Below are positions 30,666 through 32,000 of a stretch of 32,000 nt of DNA, piece by piece. Position 1 is the stretch's first letter. Every line of letters begins with the position of its first letter. Position numbers and translations under genes: made by a program. Source of the stretch: Formosa sp. Hel1_33_131 (GTDB lineage: Bacteria; Bacteroidota; Bacteroidia; Flavobacteriales; Flavobacteriaceae); the NCBI RefSeq assembly GCF_001735745.1, contig NZ_CP017260.1, positions 60,001-92,000 of the forward strand, written 5' to 3'. A model generated the notes under the pieces. It was not told the DNA's origin. It made no database searches and saw only the letters and a program-made list of their open reading frames with translations.

Positions 30666-32000
30666 ATGAAAAGTCAAAACATTACCCCAAACGAACCCGC
30701 AGACAACGCAATTATTGAAAATAAAGAGTTGAATATATGGGAAGCACTCATCCCTGTTGTAGCCCTTGTGGCGATGTTGTTTTACAATGTATTTTATGTC
30801 TTTGGAGATGATGCTCTTAGTGGTAGTAATCAATTTATTTTGATCTTAGGAGCTGCCGTCGCCGCCATTGTTGGTTTTTATAACAAAGTCAGTTACAAGA
30901 AAATGTTAGAGGAAGTTGCCGAAAATGTGAAGTCCACAACAGGAGCACTATTAATTTTATTAATGGTGGGAGCATTAGCTGGAACTTGGCTCATTAGTGG
31001 GGTCATTCCATCAATGATTTATTATGGATTACAAATCTTAAACCCCACGTTTTTTCTTGTAGCCTCGGTCATCATTTGTTCCATCATATCCATTGCCACA
31101 GGAAGTAGTTGGACCACCTCTGCTACTGTAGGAATTGCATTAATTGGAATCGGAAACACTTTAGGGATCTCTCCTGGAATGACTGCTGGAGCCGTATTAT
31201 CTGGAGGCTATTTTGGCGATAAAATGTCGCCACTTAGTGATACTACAAATTTAGCACCTGCAATGGCTGGGAGTGAATTGTTTGATCACATAAAATACAT
31301 GGCTTTAACAACAGTGCCTACTATTATAATAACCCTAATTATTTTTTTAATTATTGGATTGAATATTGATACCAATGGAACCCCCGATATTTCTGATAAA
31401 CTTCAGGCCATTGATGGCGCATTTAATATTTCGCCTTGGTTGTTTAGTGTCCCCGTTTTAGTTATCATCTTAATCGTTAAAAAAACACCGCCCTTAATAG
31501 CATTGCTTATTGGAACGTTGTTGGGAGCGATTGCAGCCGTGATTGCACAACCACAAATTATCATGGCAATCGCAGAAACAAATACATTGAGTTTTGAAGC
31601 CGCTTATAAAGGCGTTATGAAAGCGATTACGGTTGACACAGCCGTTGTGACGACGAGTTTAGAACTGAACGATTTATTTACTTCTGGCGGAATGAGTGGT
31701 ATGTTAGGAACCATTTGGCTAATCGTTTGTGCCATGGTCTTTGGAGGCGTTATGGATGCTATAGGAGCACTTTCTCGAATTAGTAAAGCATTATTAAGTT
31801 TGGCTACCAATACCTTTGGATTGTTTGCCAGCACTGTTGCGAGCTGTTTGGCACTGAACGTCACTGCTTCTGATCAATATTTAGCATTGGTTATCCCAGG
31901 GAAAATGTTTAAAAAAGCGTATAAAGATCGTGGATTGGCCCCTGAAAACTTAAGCCGTACACTTGAAGATTCTGGAACCGTAACATCGGTATTGGTTCCT
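30666..32000 (+). CDS. nhaC: Na+/H+ antiporter NhaC (3'-truncated by window end)
   Basis: My own translation from ATG 30666 stays open for 445 codons to the window end. Motifs include ATGSSWTTSATVGIALIGIG, SGGYFGDKMSPLSDTTNLAPA and ASDQYLALVIPGKMF...NLSRTLEDSGTVTSVLVP, typical of the NhaC family. It is absent from the ORF track, presumably because it is edge-truncated. Confidence 0.9.
   Translation, partial: MKSQNITPNEPADNAIIENKELNIWEALIPVVALVAMLFYNVFYVFGDDALSGSNQFILILGAAVAAIVGFYNKVSYKKMLEEVAENVKSTTGALLILLMVGALAGTWLISGVIPSMIYYGLQILNPTFFLVASVIICSIISIATGSSWTTSATVGIALIGIGNTLGISPGMTAGAVLSGGYFGDKMSPLSDTTNLAPAMAGSELFDHIKYMALTTVPTIIITLIIFLIIGLNIDTNGTPDISDKLQAIDGAFNISPWLFSVPVLVIILIVKKTPPLIALLIGTLLGAIAAVIAQPQIIMAIAETNTLSFEAAYKGVMKAITVDTAVVTTSLELNDLFTSGGMSGMLGTIWLIVCAMVFGGVMDAIGALSRISKALLSLATNTFGLFASTVASCLALNVTASDQYLALVIPGKMFKKAYKDRGLAPENLSRTLEDSGTVTSVLVP

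Overview
This is a low-GC, densely packed chromosomal segment. Hand counts on 140-200 nt samples give about 37% GC in core genes. Gene content and repeated TAnnTTTG -7-type boxes just upstream of starts look like Bacteroidota, probably Flavobacteriia; this taxon call is inference. About 29 of the 32 kb is ordinary housekeeping. That part holds an AsnC/Lrp-regulated Phe/Tyr-to-homogentisate catabolic operon (hmgA, hppD, a long aromatic-amino-acid hydroxylase, fahA, a flavin-reductase-like gene), then mnmE, a TlpA-like thiol-disulfide oxidoreductase, a rhomboid protease, an LpxL/HtrB-type acyltransferase, glmM and acpH. It also holds a loose DNA-repair neighbourhood (recG, uvrD/pcrA-like, tsaC, uvrA), a LOG-family gene, a 954-aa secreted M1-peptidase-like protein without zinc ligands, a fused E1 alpha/beta 2-oxoacid dehydrogenase, and a 3'-truncated nhaC. 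Only positions 1-2860 look accessory. That stretch has an edge-truncated ATG-less ORF behind a 49-aa lysine-rich mini-ORF, two uncharacterised exported proteins with very different GC, and a HigA-like antitoxin with no toxin gene. I saw no rRNA, tRNA, CRISPR array, IS element, integrase or recognisable defence genes. I cannot point to a convincing novel multi-gene system. The best follow-up candidates are the homogentisate operon (no maleylacetoacetate isomerase, an extra flavin-reductase-like gene, and a hydroxylase with a ~290-aa uncharacterised C-terminal extension), the zinc-ligand-less M1-like protein, and the left-edge islet, which may continue outside the window. All calls rest on by-eye motif recognition of the supplied translations. 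No searches or computations were run.
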